From assembly GCA_907165135.1 (NCBI GenBank), contig OU015567.1:15128001-15192000 (forward strand): a stretch of 64,000 nt of DNA, in the 5' to 3' direction. Below, in pieces: positions 47,748-59,421 of this stretch. The notes under the pieces were generated by a model. The model did not search any database. It had not been told where the DNA came from and was given only the letters and a program-made list of their open reading frames with translations. The first letter of the stretch is position 1. The number at the start of each line of letters is the position of its first letter. The DNA is from Oikopleura dioica (taxonomy: Eukaryota; Animalia; Chordata). Made by a program: the position numbers and the translations under genes.

Positions 47748-48578
47748 TCAGGAGTCAATGAAGTCGGCAATCATCTGAGAGTTGAGGTCCGAGTAATCGA
47801 ATGGCTTCTTGATTTTGTCACATGCCTCGCTTTCCAAAACTTGGGGGATTTGTATGTGGACATTTTTCAACATAAAATCAAGAAAATACGACGGTACTGA
47901 ATATGTAACGAATGTAACGAATGTAACGAAAACTCAAAAACATGTCCTTTTCTCGTTACATTGTCAGTAAAATTCTAGAGATTTTTTGTTTTTCTAATTT
48001 CACCCCCTTGAGAATCCTACAATTTTACCCGCGGAGCGGGCGTTTTCCATCAACCCATCGAATTTCGAGGGGGTATGGAGAACGAATATACCATTTTTTA
48101 TGGTTTTCTGTATTTTTTTGGTCTTTTAGACATGTTTAATCGTTTTATTAAATATCGCACCCCAAAATCGCTCTTTACCAAAAGTTTCTAGAATCAGCTG
48201 ACATAAAACAACATGTTTCTGTTTTCGTTACATTGTCAGCAAACTCGTTACATTCGTTGCATTCGTTACATTCGTTACTTATTCAGTATCGACCAGAAAA
48301 TACTTACTTCCAAGCTGGCAGAGAATAGTCGTAGAATCAACGAAAGCCTCATAATATAAAACGATGGATATTCAAGCTTATTTCTCAAAAGAACCAATAG
48401 TAGTGCCTATCCTTGAAATTTTAAGCCTAGAATCATTCAAGTTGAATATCCGAAACATAATCTCTCTCCCGTAACGCACCTCTCCAAGCAACAGCCAAAG
48501 GAAAAATAAATCGAGCAGCTTTGATCTTGGAACAAGGCAAATGATAGAACACACGAAAATATATTTTACGGTCGCCAT
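47748..48578 (-). CDS. Small putatively secreted protein, tandem copy 2
   Basis: Paralog of 47117-47555; shares an upstream CACGTG plus TATA-like block (47690-47725 vs 48610-48647). Confidence 0.45.
47890..48294. mobile_element. Non-autonomous TIR element with 9-bp TSD (Mutator-like)
   Basis: Inverted ends GTACTGAATA plus (GTAACGAAT)n; perfect AGAAAATAC at 47881-47889 and 48295-48303; absent from the paralogous intron. Confidence 0.85.
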
Positions 48579-48646
48579 TTATATATTCTAATTTGTCAAT
48601 AGACTATTGAGCAGCCAAACAGTATATAAATGCATTTTGTCACGTG

Positions 48647-48960
48647 TTAGGTGCCGCCGAGAAGGAGTCGCCGCTCTTGAATCATTTTGTAAACTCGTCC
48701 AGATGTCAGCACGCAGAGTTCCTTACTCGGTTGCCAATCATTTCTATTATAAAATAGTCCTCTATCATTGACAACAAGCCTCGACAGCTGGTGTTTCCGG
48801 ACGACATGGAGGATCAGCGCCCTTCGGAATGTCCTCGATCTTGAGTTCGTCTTCTGCAACCGTCGCCGTTTTCATAATAATTTGAAGAAAATCCTCGTAT
48901 TTTTCATGTCGTCTAGATTTTCTTGATGCCGGGGCTCTTGAACGCCTCTTCCGAAATAAA
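48647..48960 (-). CDS. Small orphan protein, 3' exons
   Basis: Open exon RHEKYEDFLQIIMKTATVAEDELKIEDIP.. and terminal exon ..KMIQERRLLLGGT*. Confidence 0.3.
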
Positions 48961-49163
48961 AAATCAGACTCTTTATCACTTTTTGAGTACCTTTTGCGCC
49001 TTCTCCGGCAAAATAATGTCCCGCATTTAAACTGAAGCTGATATTTTATCGTAAAAATAGGTTGATAATTGTTCTAGAGACAAACAAATCTCATTTCAAT
49101 TAAAAAGACAAAGCGGAAATGATTTAATAAAAGCATTGAATCACTACTTTTTTACGAAAAAAA

Positions 49164-49454
49164 ATGTATTATTCGGTGCAATCAGCGAAGTACTGGCGAA
49201 ACTCGGCATTTTTTCTTGGATTCCCGATAGTTGGGCTGGCAGTTTACGCTGCTCATCACAGAGAACCAAAGTGGCACAAGAGAGAAGGCTGGAACAAAGT
49301 GGATTTTCTCAACCCTTGTCCAAGACATACGGTTTGTTTTACGTCAAATTCCCGATCGCCGAGAACGTTCGAATATTATTATTTAAATTTATTGGCGAAA
49401 TCTTTCTGTCAGCCGCATTATGCTCTGAATTTAAGATGCTCAAAATACGAGTAG
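49164..49454 (+). CDS. Cytochrome c oxidase subunit 6A-like (N-terminal/TM part only)
   Basis: SAKYWRNSAFFLGFPIVGL..AHH resembles COX6A SARMWKTLTFFVALPGVAV..SHH; C-terminal exon not resolved. Confidence 0.45.
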   Translation: MYYSVQSAKYWRNSAFFLGFPIVGLAVYAAHHREPKWHKREGWNKVDFLNPCPRHTVCFTSNSRSPRTFEYYYLNLLAKSFCQPHYALNLRCSKYE

Positions 49455-50969
49455 TGCGCCTAGGTGCACCACTTTCCTTTGAAATCCCGACGTCGATGCG
49501 TCCAAATCCGCCTAAAAGCTTTTTAATGGCCTTTCTTCTAGGCTCATCCGTAGTAACCCACAGACAGATGTAATAATCCAGCGTAATGAGATTTGCGACA
49601 AATTGTCCTAAATAAGGGACAGTGTCTTTTATCTTCAACTTTGCGACCAACAACAAAATGAAAAAAGTCAACTGATTTAAAAAATTTCGAAAACAAGAAA
49701 ACTTGAACTCAAAAATTCAAACAAACTCGTCATAAATCCCACCGTAACGGTGCCCAGTCATTGAGTATAAAATTTATATTGGACGCTTTATGCGAGCTTT
49801 TATATTTAATTTCCGTATTCAGCAAGTTTACGAAGCTGACAGTAACAGATGTTTGTTTTACAACGCAGGAATGAGTTTGAGTATTTTACGTAATTGGATT
49901 TCGTGATTTGGTGATTAGACAAATTTAAACTCGTCAGAAATCAACTGGATTACTTTGACCGGCTTTGCTGACGGTGAAAATGACGTCACGATTTTGAGGT
50001 AACGGAGAATATAAGTTATATTATATAACTGAATAAGTTGCTAATAAATTCATTAAACCGCTTGCGATCCCTTCGCTTGTCAAGCAGCAATTTATGATCA
50101 TCATCGGTCGATTAAGAAACGAAGAGAATGGAGAAGTTCGTCACTATCCTTATCTCTCTGAAGTCGAAAAAACTGACCTTCGCTGGGACGCTCTCGGAGC
50201 AAGTCAACTCGAGGTTACATCCCACCTTAACTCTTCCTTTTACCCATCAACTGTAGCCGCTTAATCCCGAGATGAACTACAAGACTCCTGAAATGACGGC
50301 TCATCTCCGAAGACGACAACTCGCAAAAGCTGAGCTCACCAAGGCTCCAAAGAAAAAGGCACAGAAGTCATTCTGGAATTGGTAAATTGGTCATTAACAA
50401 TCATTCTCTCTCTCTCTCTAATAAAAGTACTCTTGTGAAAGAAAATAATCATCAACGATGATTTAAAAGCTTGATTTGTTTGTGCGCTTATTAGAGGAAG
50501 TACTGTCCTTGTGAGTTGTTTTCAGGGGATCAATCACTCTCAAGTATTCTTGTTGTTGAAGGAAATTCCTAAAATAGCTCAGGCGCTCGATCCTCTGAAG
50601 ATTTGTCTAGACGTGGGGCCTTCACAAAGGCTTGGAATTGGAGTGGGTCCAATCAGTAGAATCATTTGGGCACGAAATTAGCCAGTCATCCATGTTCTTT
50701 ATCCTGAGGAACGGTAATTAAGCTTCGAATTCCTTAATTCGAAAGGGGCCTTTCGGAATGCTGGAATAGTAAATAAGAAAGACACAGTAATTTATCAAGC
50801 TTGGCGGCGGTTATCTTGACCTCGACATTTGAAAAACCGCAGGTACCTAATGGTGAAGGCTCTGTTTGGCAATGTCGATGGTGGAAAAAATAATGTTACC
50901 AGTTCATTATATGAACTCGTTCGTTTTAATCAAGGCAAGGAATAAGAAAGGATCGACCTTTTTGGCGGC

Positions 50970-51577
50970 AGGAAAACATAAATCTCCAACCGCAACGTCC
51001 CTGAGCAAGGAAGAACCGTACAAATCAGAACTCTCCGACGCCTCTCGATGAAAAGAAGAACTTGCCCTCGAGCGCGTGTGTGCGTAGCGTGGCGTAGTAC
51101 AGTCCACCGCTGTCGTCCGTCAGATAAAGACTTTCAGCTTGAGATAGAGCGTCAGAAGTTTATTCAAAATTGAAACAAAAAGATACGTTTTTTGATAGAA
51201 ACAAAAAAAAAATAAAAAGAAAAATGAGAAAAACACAAATTTCTTTCAACGAAGAATTAAATGTTGCTGAAGCGCCGTTTTGGGATCGAAAATCAAAGGT
51301 ACAGTTTCTTCTGAAAACATCGATAATTATACTTTTCCTTGATTCCTCGAGCAATAAATTGAGCAATAATGATTTTCTTCAGCAAAAATGGTGCACCTTG
51401 TCAGCTGAGCAAAAGCTAGAAATCCGACTCGAATTGAACTACTACAAACTCTCCGAAATGAAAGTTCACCCTCACAGTCTTCACAACAACCAGTATTACA
51501 TGTTTCTTCCCGGGACGCTTGAGAAAATGATGAAGAAGCGGAAAAACGCGAAGCTATTAAAAGCGCTGTCCATGTGA
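50970..51577 (+). CDS. Short Phactr-like protein (C-terminal PP1-binding domain); 5' end uncertain
   Basis: Splicing 51299-51381 gives ISFNEELNVAEAPFWDRKSK|QKWCTLSAEQKLEIRLELNYYKLSEMKVHPHSLHN. This parallels Phactr [48 protein letters not shown]. Confidence 0.7.
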
Positions 51578-52562
51578 TACTGTAACATTGACCCATTTTT
51601 ATTTATACTCGACGAAGAAACCCGACCTTCGAAACGGCGGAAAGGCCCTTCACACTGTACAAACACTATCTGATGATGAATATACACTTCTGACTTTATT
51701 GCTAGTGAAGATTTATGTGGGATAAGCGACTTTTGAGCTACTATATTTGATTTTATTTTCGAAAGTAAAGAGTTTAAAACTGAACTCAAATGGACGTAAA
51801 CGAGGTCGTAGAATTCAATAGACATTCGAAAAGATACCAAATATATGCAGTGACTGCTGTAGAAGGGAACGTCTACTGTAGAGCAGACTGATGAGTTCGA
51901 TTATAGTTTCAGTAGCAATTGGCGTGAGGAAAGTTCATTTGCACGAGTTGATTAGCCAATTAACCGCGTCCGAACTTGCGGTCTGAAAATATATGTCTGT
52001 ATTGACCAGGCTACAATCAGAGAAAAATACCAATATTCGATAATTCATTGACAGTAGTCTTGTACCCAGGGTTGAGAAACTGACAAGCATGACTTAGACC
52101 GTCAGAAGAATTGTTTGCCTGTCAGTGCTGGTCTACTGTATCTCAGCCGACATCAGCTGTCTCCGCTTTTGAATATTTTCTTTGAGAGGCGAATTACAGC
52201 TCATCCAATCTTGTCATGTCTGAGTGATATTCTCGATGGAGACTGAGCCCTTATTTTGACAAGGTTTCCTTGAGCCATGAAAAGCGGATGGATGAAGAAA
52301 TGATCGCCGATCATGCTCTCGTCTGCTGCTCACTCAATCAGCTTTCAACAAATCCGAGTAAATGTCTACCACTCCATTGAGAAAATGGTCAGATTCAAGG
52401 CCTGAGGAATGTGCCGCTATATTGGAGTTCATTTATTTATTGAAAATAGACAGGAAATTCAGCGTCATTTTCTGGGTTGCTTCCTGTTCGGAATCGATAA
52501 ATACAGGGGTTCCAGTCTATAACTATCATTAAGATACTAGGTTGACGGAGTCGACGGCCAGT

Positions 52563-53770
52563 ATGTCCGACCATGAAGAACAGTGGTGGCTATTTGAGCC
52601 CATAGAGATTGATGATGATCCGAACGAAGTAATCTTGTAAGAATAACGATTTATCAATAGAATGCATATTACTTTTATTTAAGCTCGTCGGACGATGATT
52701 CTTTCTGGGATACAAGTGACTCCGAAAGCGAATCTGACGATGATAGTTTCGACGATGATTCTTCTACTCATGGTTCTTCGGACGACGATTGTTCCGACGA
52801 CGACTGCTCGGACGACGACTGTTCGGACGACGACTGTTCTGACGACGATTGCTCTGACGACGATTGTTCGGACGAGAGTGAGACGAGTTCTTCTGACGAA
52901 GAAGACGGTTGTCCGTATAGAGACAACAGTTGTACCAAGGACAAAAGCAAGGATAAAAAGAAGAACAAGAAGAAAAAGAAGAAGAAGGATAAGAAGAAGA
53001 AAAAGAAGAATAAAAAGGGTAAGAAGAGCAAGAAGAAGAACAAAAAGAAGGACAAAAGAAGGACAAGAGCAAGGACAAGAGTAAGAGCAAGAGCAAGACC
53101 AAGAATAAAGATGAGAAGAATATAGATTTCAATCCGGATAAAGCACTGAAGGCCGGGTATAAAAAGTGTCTTCAAGCGCATAATGAAAAACGAAATCTTC
53201 ACGAAGACACTCCCCCAATGAAGGTAATCTCTAATTGCACCCATATTTTAACTACTTTTTCAAAGCTCGACAAAATACTTTGCTCACAAGCTCAAGAAGG
53301 AGCCGAAGATTTGGGCAAGCGAAATGCATTTGCTCACGACACGCCAAGGTTAGATTTACTTCCTGTCATATTAAAAAACAATGAATTAGATACGGTGCTG
53401 GTGAGAACTTATTCATGACCAGTGCTGGCAAAAATGAGGATGGACTGTCAAAGGAACGCTGTGTAAGCTTTGGTCAATCTTCCGTCAATGCTTGGTACGG
53501 TGAGATCGACAACTACTCCTTCAGCAAGCATGGAAAGAAGAACGATGGTGTCATTGGTCATTTTACTCAACTTGTATGGAAGAAATCTGTCAAGCTCGGT
53601 GTTGGAATCGCCAAACGAAAGGATGGAAAGACCATCGGTAAAATTCATTACATTTTTTCCTCTTCTGTTAATTTTTTTTAGTACTTTGCCGATATTCTCC
53701 AGCGGGAAATATGAATATGTCGAAGAATCTCCCTGACCAAATCGGAGACTTGAAATGCAAGAATTGCTGA
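52563..53770 (+). CDS. CAP/SCP (GAPR-1-like) protein with acidic (CSDDD)n and poly-Lys N-terminal extension; apparent 1-nt frameshift near 53055
   Basis: CLQAHNEKRNLH, YGAGENLF, SVNAWYGEIDNYSF, GHFTQLVWKKSVKLGVGIA, VLCRYSPAGN. Confidence 0.85.
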
Positions 53771-54538
53771 AAATCATTAATCTTTCGCTAAAATTATAAC
53801 CAGAAATAAATCATTACAAATTTATAAAAGTTTAATATTCGTCCATTTCTTCTAGCATTTTGTCAAGAAAGGGATTCGAAGCGACGACGGGGGGATTGAG
53901 TAGGGGATCAAAGATGGGCTCGGGAGTGGGGTAGGTTTTACGAGTGACTGTAGTTACTGTATCAGTTTCAGTTTCGATTATGAAAATGTCATTTGCTTCT
54001 GGGTCTTCGGGTTCTTCTTCTTCGACAATTGTCTAGAATGTTTTAAAAAATGGCGGATTTTTTTGTTGAAAAAAAAAATGGTAATTACCCTTTTCATTCC
54101 ATAACTTTCCCAGTCGATATGAGGGCAACATCTCTTCATGTCATCAGAAAGCGTATAAAAATTCTCCATGCTCTTGTGGCAAATGTAGCAAAACATAAAA
54201 ATTCTAACTCGATCAGCTTCATATTCGCGCTTTTCTTTATTGTTGACGTCTCTTAAAAATTTTTCAAACAGATCTTCGGACGAAAATCAACCTCAGTTCT
54301 TGGGAGCTCTCACTAAATTCGGTTTCACTTGGAGGACGCTCAATTTGTCGAGCATTTGCCTGCTGAGCGTCGCTCATTTTTCCTTCAGATCTTCTGTTCA
54401 AAAGGTGAGTAAAACTCGCCCGTGCTAAGCAGAAGAGGACGAGCCAGATATGCAGCGTGAGTAAAAAGTGATGATGTTTCAAAGTAAGTGATAAGTAATG
54501 AAACTACTATTGTTTCTAGCTCAAGGGGCGATCAGAGT

Positions 54539-55264
54539 TTATTTGAGATTCTTGAACTTGGACAGAGAAATGATGTCAAAAATGTAGTTTCCATAAGAAG
54601 CAATCATTCTGTCGTGCTGCTCACGTGTTCGGTCTCCGCAGCACTCGGGGACAATGCCGACATTGAATCCAACCTGGAAAGCGCCGTTTGCAGTGCTCAT
54701 GACGCAAGCGCCAGTGACGAGGCCACAGACGATAACCGACTTCAAGACTGTCATAAAATCATTGATAATATAATCCTTTATGTTTTTTTGTTAGTCTTCC
54801 TTGATTCCAAGAGCATTGAGTTTTTCTTCGAGCCCGGTATCTTGAAATCCATTGAAGGTATGTTTTTCGATGATTATTTCTCCGGGCAACTCTTTCGCAA
54901 ATTCTTCGGTACAGTCGTTTTGAATTTCTGGGTCAGCCTAAACACTCGAGGAAAAAAAGTTTTCCGAGAAAAACTAACCTTGTCGGGATTGATTCGTTCA
55001 AAAGCGCGCATCCACTTGGATTGTTGATGATTGTAGACAGCTCTTACATGAACAATTGTCTGACCTTTGCTTCTTGCAGATTCAAGTAGCTCCATCACAT
55101 TTTTACCTAGGTCGGGAAATGCAGACGAGACAAGCTTGCTGTCGCGATAGAAGAATGTTTGTAAATCGACAAGAATGAGTGCTGAAAATGCTGTAACTTG
55201 CTTCTCAATCTAATCTACCAGTTTGCGAAGACTTGTAGAGATTTTCAATATTAGCGTCATCCAT
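54539..55264 (-). CDS. Isochorismatase-family cysteine hydrolase
   Basis: ALILVDLQ (Asp), IIIEKHTFNGFQDT (Lys), VIVCGLVTGACVMSTANGAFQVGF (Cys); triad intact; start approximate. Confidence 0.85.
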
Positions 55265-55551
55265 TTTCTCGCTTATACTGAAAAAATAATGTTTAAGAAG
55301 CTGCAGACGGTCGGTATATTTGTTTTACTGAGTTATTAAATAAAGAAGATCATATTTTCGGATTGTTTACCGAGAAATCAGCCAATTTGCTTTTTTCCGG
55401 CTAAAAAGCGTTCGTTAGAACCGGCGATTATTTACGGTCCTTATATTTGTCGATTGATGGTGATCGATTAACGCGCAGATACGGTCGTTCCGCCTGGTTT
55501 CATACCCTTCCACGCAAAATTTTTGGATTTCGAAGATTTTTTTAATAGAAG

Positions 55552-56339
55552 ATGACTGAGAGAAAAAGAGACAGTACTTCGAAAAGTACTGAATCCCCAC
55601 TTGGTGACTTTAGAACTGATATTACCGATGCCGACGTTGAAAGTCACTACAAAAGCTTGATCCAACCTAATAATGTGTACGCGAACAATGCGAATCAGAC
55701 AAAACACGAGGTAAGTTTAATAATTTAAAGGTAATATGCAATTGATCATCAAAATTTTAGATTCGAGCATTGATGGATGCGCATTACCATTTGAGTGAGA
55801 CGAACAGAAAACAAGAAAGCAAAATCAGAGAGCTAGCAAAGGAAGTTGATGAACTAAAAGAAGCCTTGTCGAATGCGCGAAAGAATGATCGACCAGAAAA
55901 CTATGAAAGAAAGCCGGTGAATGCTGATGAACCAAGTTCTTTTGAGAACAATCAGCGAGAAACCCTAGAAACATCTGAATCAAGTCAACATGAGAAAAGC
56001 TATTCTATTAGTGATATTTCAGCCGACTACAATGAATCAAGACAAACTAGAGAAGAACGACGAAACAACAACATAGAGACGAGAATCGATTCTATGTTCG
56101 AGGCCATCGTTAAAGTCACAAAACAATATGAGATTCTAAAGGTTCGAACGAGCATTAGTTTTTCTTCCACAAATCTTTCTATTTAGGCCGAAAACCGAGA
56201 CGCTTTTCAAACTATTCGTCAGAACCAGCGAGAAATGAACGAAGACTTACAGATGAACATAAGTCGTGTGAACGAGCTCTTTCCACAAGAGTCGTTTGAA
56301 ACTTCTTTGGCGAAACTTCACAAAAGAGATTCAATTTGA
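55552..56339 (+). CDS. Orphan coiled-coil protein, paralog 1
   Basis: Three exons splice in frame; PLGDFRTDITDADVESHYK and IRALMDAH are shared with the gene at 63504. Confidence 0.65.
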
Positions 56340-56404
56340 ATGCACTGCATTAAAACCGAGTAGAAATTCTATACTTTATTTTTATACAATTCTTTTAAGA
56401 AAAT

Positions 56405-57854
56405 TTATAAGACCAAAATGCAGTAAATTTTTTCTTCAAAAGTGATGGCGTAGCCAAAACAACTCGCCCGATAAGAACATGCTTTGTAGCAGAATGCATC
56501 AGGTTCTCTTAAAATAATTTGTCTATTCAATAGACTCTATTAGAAACAGAATCGTTCGAACTTACATCTCGTTAACTGGAGGAACAGGTACTTTTCTATA
56601 ATCCAAATTTCCGATGCCATGATAAACATTTTCTTTTCCTGGACAAACGAGCAATCCTAGCAATCTCAGCTTGAATTTTTAAAACAGAAAAAGCTTGCCT
56701 TTATGATTGTTGTAAAACGGGGTCATCTGAGAAAGTCCTCTCGGGCAAAAACTTTTGAACTCGCAAGCCTTTGGGGTTTCAAAAAGAAATGCTGAGAATC
56801 CATATGGCTGGCGAGAGCAATCTCGCATTCTTTTCGATCCGGTTGATTCTGTTCCCGATCCATAGCCACAAGAAGAACAAGCTGATGATCCACGAGTATC
56901 AGAAAAGAAGCCTTTCGGACAAATGAATTCCTCTTCGTTCAGACAGTAATGTCCTGTATCACATGGCTCGCAAATATTTTGCTTCCCAGGTCTTTTTTCT
57001 CCGGGATTGCAGACGCAATAGTGGGTCATGCCATCTTCAGTGGGATCTTTATCGATACAGTGTCGCCCATCGGAACATGCGACTTCGGCGTTTTGACATT
57101 CGTTTATGTTTTCACAGGACTCAGCATCGGTTTCCTCGTCATATTTGTACTCATATCCAAGTTTGCATCTACAGATGTTTTCTTCAGGATCAAGCTCCGC
57201 AAAATCCACACATCTACTTGGACTTTCTCTTTTTACACAGGTCAAAAACCTGTCGAATTGATCATCTTCTTCTCGGAAATGCGGCTGGAATTCTGGCTTG
57301 CAAGAACACTGTCTTTCGTTGACTTGCTGTTTTTTCCTAACAGTGAAATATCTTTATTGAAAACAAGCCTTTGGTTCTTTATTCTCGTCCAGTTGAACAA
57401 CGACGGTTGTTGCGCTAGAACGACAGCAAATTGTTGGCTCAGTGGTGTAATAATCAGTGGGATAAGTTTCATTTCCAATTGTCAGCGATTCAAAGAATGA
57501 CGGAGTAAAACCAGGATCGCATAAACACTTTTCTTGTTTTCTCCGACTACATTTTTAAAAATTTGAGTATCGAAAACATCCCTCATTTCCAGTTTTGACC
57601 GCTTTTGGATCTCGGCAAGTTAGATTTGTCCACCAATGTGTGGTGGAGATATCAGTTGCTGAGTTGGTAGAGGAAGTGTCACCATCAAATTCTTCGAAGT
57701 TAGTGTTTGAAGAATTTTGGCTTTTCACTTTCCTTGGACCATTGACAAGAACATTCGAAATCAGCAAAATTGACCGTAACCACAGGGACATTCTCTTTCT
57801 GCGGCTGCTTCTTCCAGCCTTCACTTCTTGTATAACTTTAGAATATTCTGACAT
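56405..57854 (-). CDS. Membrane or secreted protein with EGF, Ca-EGF, ephrin-receptor-like Cys-rich repeats and a PAN/apple-like C-terminus
   Basis: CRCKLGY..CENINECQ..CIDK..CVCNPG, CEPCDTGHYC..CPKGFFSD..SACSSC; last exon FCYKACSYRASCFGY..YCILVL*. Confidence 0.75.
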
Positions 57855-58189
57855 GGCGGTCAAACAATACACTTCCGAGTTGAAAAAATTTTGTTGAATA
57901 TTTTATGTTTTTTTCATTGTATTGATATGAAGATGTTCGGCAAGTTACATAGTAAATTCTCAGAATAGGAAATGAGCTAGGCGTTTACGTAAATAGTTAT
58001 ATCTTAAAAACGCGCTGAATTCCCTGAAAGTGCCGAACTTGTCCAAATGCCCGAAATGCCCGCTTTTGCCCGGCCAAATTTAAGGTGCTGAGCCGTCCGA
58101 ATGCCCGGCCGAACACATTTTGCCCAAAAATTGTCCGTTTCCCCCGACTTCCCGATGCGGCATCGGCGATGCCCGAATGGTCACCCCCA

Positions 58190-58445
58190 GGCTTATGAAT
58201 TTCGTTAGAAAACCCAAAGCGAACGCGAAGCGAAAGCGAGAAAATTGATGCTTCATTCGGCGAAACGAAGGCGAAGTCAAAAATAATTCCGTCAGGCGAA
58301 GCTAAAACGAATTCGCCTTCAAGCGAAAGCGAAAAATGTCGCCTCAAAGCGAAAGCGAAAATGTTCGCCTCAAAGTGAAATGATTGTGAAAAGCCACAAA
58401 AGGAAAATTTAGTGACAAAATCGCTTGAAAGCGAAGTAATTTTCG
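58190..58445. repeat. (GCGAA)n-rich fragment of a further MITE family (family C)
   Basis: Clusters of GCGAAA/GCGAAG; related copies at 62770-62905 and 63090-63255. Confidence 0.6.
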
Positions 58446-58670
58446 AATAAAAATTCAAATTTTTCGAGGTTTCAAGCGCAAATCTTCCCTTTCCTTCAAA
58501 AGTTCGCTAGTTCGACCATGCTGAATCTTTCCCTAAAAACTATTTCGAGCGCAAGGGCAAGGTCAATCTTACCTTTTCTCGAAATTCTGCTACTTCGACC
58601 ATTCTGAATCTATCCTTACAAAACTTTTTCGAGCGCAATTTTTCGAACTCAAGGCGACATTTTCCCTTAA

Positions 58671-58902
58671 GGACCCCCGTCAGCATTTTTCGAAAAATCA
58701 AATTTCGGAATTTTAAAATTTTGACCCCGGAATTGGATTCTACGATATTGAAAAAAACGATTTTGAAGCTTCTTTTTATGGTGGTCTATCTCGACTCCTT
58801 CACCTCCAAAATCGCATTTGAAAATTGGACATTTCGGCGAAAATTGACGAATTTGCTCAAATTTTGGCAAAAATATTGATTTTCCTTGGTCATATATTCC
58901 TC
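58671..58902. mobile_element. TTAA-flanked element, partial (same family as 59715-59867)
   Basis: TTAA|GGACCCCCGTCAGC..TTTTTCGAAAAATCAAATTT shared with 59715; right end uncertain. Confidence 0.55.
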
Positions 58903-59421
58903 TTAAAAATGGACGGTATTATGCCCTCCGTCATGTTTTGAACAGCGATAGTGCAGAAAAAAGTGCCCTTTCTTCCGGAAAAATCGACCCTTTAGACAGT
59001 TGTGATAAGCTCGCGCGACATAATCAACGTGTTTTCTTGTCGGAGCTGAATTTTTCAAACAAAGCCATTTTATGATTTGATAAAACACGAAGATTCATGT
59101 CTGATAAAGCGCTAATTTCGCTGGATCGATTAAACAAAGATTAAAATCGCCAAAATTATGAGCTGGATTTTCTTTTCCCGTAAATGTTGGCTTCAGTCAT
59201 TCTTCATACTAAAACTTATTTATGATGAAGAACTCAATTGTAAAAATGACTTATTCAAAGTTAAAAAATTTTCACAGATTGTAAATGATCAAAGGTTATG
59301 AAAAAGCATTCCCAGGAAAGCTTTCCCAGGCTCGTCGTATTTTGATAAATTTTAGCAATGAAAACGCGCGTGATTTTCAACCTAGATATAAGGAACCGAA
59401 TCCACTCAGAAAACCAAGAAA

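Noticed and set aside
49339-49671. GPCR TM7-like minus-strand ORF
   Set aside because: No NPxxY/DPxxY motif and no upstream TM exons could be assembled.
52695-53244. ORFs 52695-53084, 52764-53132 and 52768-53244
   Set aside because: They are off-frame or antisense readings of the CSDDD/poly-Lys region.
53900-54482. Possible secreted peptide precursor (MKHHH.. leader; KKKR..CYIC..KRCC..KR)
   Set aside because: The ORF starts at TTG, and I could not splice the leader in frame to the Cys-containing segment.
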